Origin: Iphione sp. A-MEVVRFRX5 | Taxonomy: Eukaryota | Direction: 5' to 3' | Length of the DNA: 64,000 nt | NCBI GenBank assembly: GCA_976226885.1 | Contig: OZ320321.1 | Coordinates: 46,438,001 to 46,502,000, forward strand | In this document: one piece after another, positions 59,661 to 64,000 of the stretch | Layout: each line of letters begins with the position of its first letter | Position numbering within the stretch: position 1 is the stretch's first letter | Program-made: the position numbers and the translations under genes | Notes under the pieces: model-generated | Databases searched by the model: none | Told to the model about the DNA's origin: nothing | The model's input: only the letters and a program-made list of their open reading frames with translations

Positions 59661-62600
59661 TTTGCCATGGCTAAGTGATCTTTTATTTCACGAATGAGCG
59701 ACGATGCTGGAAGTTATGAGAAACACAAACCGTTTGTTCAATTCGACACCAAAATGTTTGTCAGACCCCCAAAATATAGAATGTTTCATCTAATTAATAG
59801 ACTGTTCATACTCAAAGGAAACCAATTTGGAAAGACATGAATGAGGAGCTGTGCTCTCTTGACGCGGACACACTTCTGTTTTAGAGACTTGACGGTGTGT
59901 GTTCTGCGCACAAGAGGAGTGTTGTAAAATAGGTACTGCATGTAACCCATTGATTGCATGACTCAGAGGACAATGCTTACGGACCTTATTTGCACAGCCG
60001 TGCGGTTTGAAAACCTTCAGGTAGCTCTGGATTTCGCGGGTCGGTCATCCAGAGGATGGGTTAGAACTGCAAAATGCTCGCGGACAGAAGTAGCATCGAA
60101 TGTGTATTTTGACATGAAAGTTTGAAGTGAAGACATCACGACGTATACTTAACGGATCTGGGTAGGGCATTCGAAGCCTTTCGTAAACCTTCTGTCAATA
60201 AATGGACCGTACATCCCAAGTACAATCATTGCTGATACAGTGTTAGCTTTAATAACTGGAGGTTAAAAACATCCCAGTGTTGATATTTATACTACTGAGG
60301 TCTATGGAAAACATGGATTTAAATGACCGCTGTCAATGTATAGAAGTTAGTTCAGATTCATCCTTCATCATTAGAGGCTGTAAAGGATGGGCAACATGGG
60401 CGTAGTGTGGAGGGGCGTGGGGGTCCAAGACCCACTCCCCCAAGACTCGACAAATATCTATCCATGCAGCCAAGCCCCCCCCCGCCTATGTACTTGGTTT
60501 GTTGGGTTCGCTAACGGTCAGATGGAAAGACTGTAAATACCTTTCTTACATTCTAATTTCCTTTGGAGCAATGTAGACACAAAGACACACCTCATCCATT
60601 GAAATTCTCATGATAATGACACCAACATACTGGTTAGACTGGTTTAATATGAGATATTCAATACATGCTATGTAATATTAGACACTAAATTTTCACAGTA
60701 GACCTGGTGTCTGGTGATGAATACAAATGAATCGACAGTGCACCCCATAAATTAGATGCTTTGTTTGTCGTGTTCTAAACCACCTGGCGTTCCATCTGCC
60801 CTGACGCGATCATAGGATGCAAGTAAAATAGTAATTTGCTATCAATCAAGAGCTGCAGACGGCCCTTGATTGTATTAGTGAGAGGAAAAGGCAAATTACG
60901 TATTCAGAAAGGCCCTGGCTGCAGGATGGGCAGTCATGACTGCCTGTGCTCCAACTCGGTTGTAATATGATACATTAGAACTGCTACCTAGAAAAAGTAT
61001 GTTTTTGCCAACTTGGTCATTGTAATTCCCTTCTGGCTACTCATATGGTGTGAAGGTTAAGGAATACATGCAGGCTAATTTGACTTTACGTTGGTGTGAG
61101 TTGGGAGGGTGGGGGGGAGGAGGTTGTTTATATATGAATTGCTTCCATTCGTTATTCGGGTCAGTTTAGAGGTGCTAAAAAAAGCCTCGATTGAGTCTGG
61201 TCGAAAAGGTCTCCATTACTTAGTCTAACATGATTTCGTGTCTGTCTTCGAAAGAAAAAAACTTTCTGTCCTATGTTAGTCCTACAGAGTATGAAAGTAG
61301 AATGCAGAAGAGGCTAATTGTATCACCTGGAGGTTGGGTAAATACGATAGAAGCAGACGCAGGGGCTCGGTAGGTAGACAGAGCAACTGATAGAACTATG
61401 ATGACACAAACCGCCCTTCCTTTGCTAAGTTTATTGCACGATTCAAAAAAGAGTTCTTTCATAGAAGGTCTTCAAAACGGTGGGGGTAAACGCACAGGGT
61501 GCCCAATCCTTCTCGGCTTACCGGTACAATCTTCTTCTAATATGTCGCCACGGTGGCTGAACTCACGCGCTCGCCCGAAATAACCTGTCTCTGGTCACGA
61601 CTCATGCCTGGTCCAATAGCCCTCGACGTCTGGCAAAGTGGAGTCCACGACAGGGTTCCCAGCTCATGTGATTCTCTGCAGTGCCAAGTGTCTAAAAAAA
61701 TCCTCTTTGCAGATAGGTCTGCCAAAGCAGTATCTAAATGCACGATCGAATTTTAACTCTTCAAGGATGTGGTTTTAATGGATATTCCGTGATGTGGTAA
61801 CAGGTGTGGGTTCAGTAGATGTTCCATCAAGAGGCAACATTTTTTGCTCGCCTTTATTGTTCTGGTTTTAGAAGTGATTTTAAGTAATAGATTGTAGAAT
61901 GACCTGTACGCTACGCTGTCGGCTACTCTGTGGGGCTACTGCTGTGTGAAGGAAGATTCTAACTGCGCTCTACTTTAAAGTAATCTGATGGAGGTAACTG
62001 AATGGGAGAAGCTGGAGGAGGCAGATTTGTTCATGACTTGCAGGCAGGTCTGTTCCCAAACAAAAAAAATTATCAACATAATTATTACAAGCATTACTGC
62101 AGCTGAGGCGGCGGTGATTTTCTCGGGTGCCATGTCGTACCAGAGTGTCATTCCAATACTGATATGTACATACAATTTACATACGCAAAACTGTAGGCAT
62201 ACTTCTGCTGACGAAGGAGACACGTTCATTGAGTTCACTGCTCGTGAAGAAGTTTGTTATTGGAGATAAATTATTCAAACATGATGGGGAGGTTTCATTC
62301 TTAGAGGATTTTTCTAATTTAGGTACATCCATCGTGTTTAGTGTAGGTTTATGATGAAACATACTTGTTCAAGAATGTAAACCAACAAAGGTCGTTCCTG
62401 ACACGACAGAGTGCACATGTTTTACAAAGAAGATAACATAGAGGTTAAGGGTTACGATTAACTCTAGCTAAATGATAAGTATTTCCTGTAATCCCTGTTT
62501 AGTAGAGTAGGTATAATTGCATTTCATCCCGAATAGGTTCTTAACCATGCAGTTTGTCACGAAGCATTTTATTGGCAGTACGTGGGTAGAATATCGAATG

Positions 62601-64000
62601 TATAGGTCATATACTACCTTGATTTAACACAAAAGACGTTTATCAAGACAGGTCATAAGGTACACTGAGTTGAACGCATCAAACGAGTAACTCACAAGAA
62701 GCCACTATTTCGAGTATTAATCGACCTAGTGTTTGTCCTAGTCTGTTTTCTATTTCCATCATTTGCCAATGTGAGCCCTGTTTGGACAAGCGACATGGCA
62801 CACTGTCACTAACAGTATTCCAAAGCCCAATATAGACCTTCCAAAGAACTGACCATAGAATTTAACCCCGTACATATTTTACTTAAGATGTACACGTACA
62901 TGTATGTACACTGTACTCTACGATAACAAGGTTTCTTTTATCTAACGTATTTGTTACCTCTTGTCTTCCTCATTTACGTGTAATTTGGTTTTAATGCGGC
63001 CAAATTAGGCATTGCGTCCCACCCAACGTCGCTTGTCTTTCGTGTTTCTATCATGTCTAAACTGTCCGCCTTCTGGAGAAGGGATGGGAGAGGGGACTTC
63101 ACCCATTCTCTTCCTCCTCCTCCAGCAACCAGAGTACATGTCACGTTAGATTGTTTCATTGCACGCTCCCCTTAACAGGAGCACCTATTGAGAATGCGTG
63201 ATAGCGCCAAATCAGGGAAGCTAGTCTATAATGGGGAATGAGTAGACATTGCGTGTTATAAAACAGGAAAAGGGTAAGATAAAAACAAAATACTTTCAAC
63301 ATATATGTACACTGTGTGTAATTGTTTTAAATTTTCACACAGGTCCGCCCTCCTCTGTTCTGTGTGCCAGCTCTCTATGTACAACACACTTTAGATAGGT
63401 TAATGAATGAGGAAATATATACACTTTTTGTACAATTCTCAAGTACAGAAACAATCATAAATCCTCCGTCTCAAGAGACCAACCCATGAGATCAGATTTG
63501 CGAACCAACAAATCTTACTCCCATTAAATGATAAGCAGAATCTTCCAGGGAGACACGCCAGGGAAAAATCAGTTCTCGTTAAAAATACTCTAAGTTAGAT
63601 AATGGGTAGGCTGTACATCATTGAATCGACTACAGGATCCAGCCCCAACACTTTTCCAATTGTTCCAGTGACTCAAAGCCTCTGTAATCCACATTTATGA
63701 ATATACAATATAATATACATGTGCATTTATTTCGTTGGTATTTTAGATATCGATTCAAATCGTCAGAATAGCCCCCCCAGGTCCTACTGTCCTAGAGGCC
63801 CATGGATTATTTCCCCATGAAGATTGTTATGTTCGCCAAACCATGGTATGACGCCATATGACTTTAAATTAGTTTTTACGACTCTAATTGAAAATGCACA
63901 GTGTTTCTAAGTGAATAAAACAAACGTGTCATTGTACATAGAGGAAGTACAACCGATTATTACATTGTTGTGGATTCCTGGTCTTACCGGAAATAATATC

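Overview
This is eukaryotic, transposon-rich, mostly non-coding DNA. GT-AG introns, LINEs, tRNA-derived SINEs and MITEs are present; the composition and element set suggest a marine invertebrate such as amphioxus (inference). No multi-exon host gene could be reconstructed, and most short ORFs in the track are noise. Main contents: (1) A ~5.9 kb CR1/L2-type LINE on the minus strand (4386-10263), with a candidate 8-bp TSD, an SGNH-esterase-like ORF1, a 1.35 kb inter-ORF spacer and an APE-RT ORF2 broken by one TGA. (2) A ~10 kb I/Nimb-group LINE on the plus strand (~15728-25800), with a CCHC ORF1 and an APE-RT-RNase H ORF2 carrying one frameshift. It has a 2.2 kb tandem-repeat 5' region, a ~1.5 kb hairpin-rich 3' region and four splice-acceptor-like motifs, two of them directly before an ATG. 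(3) Two inverted copies of a tRNA-derived SINE. (4) Penelope remnants: a GIY-YIG fragment and a degenerate hammerhead. (5) An apparently intact, intron-containing Crypton tyrosine-recombinase transposon (~55480-57910) with a long terminal hairpin. (6) Several MITEs, satellites and isolated exon candidates. The most unusual systems are the I-group LINE's untranslated architecture and the intact Crypton.
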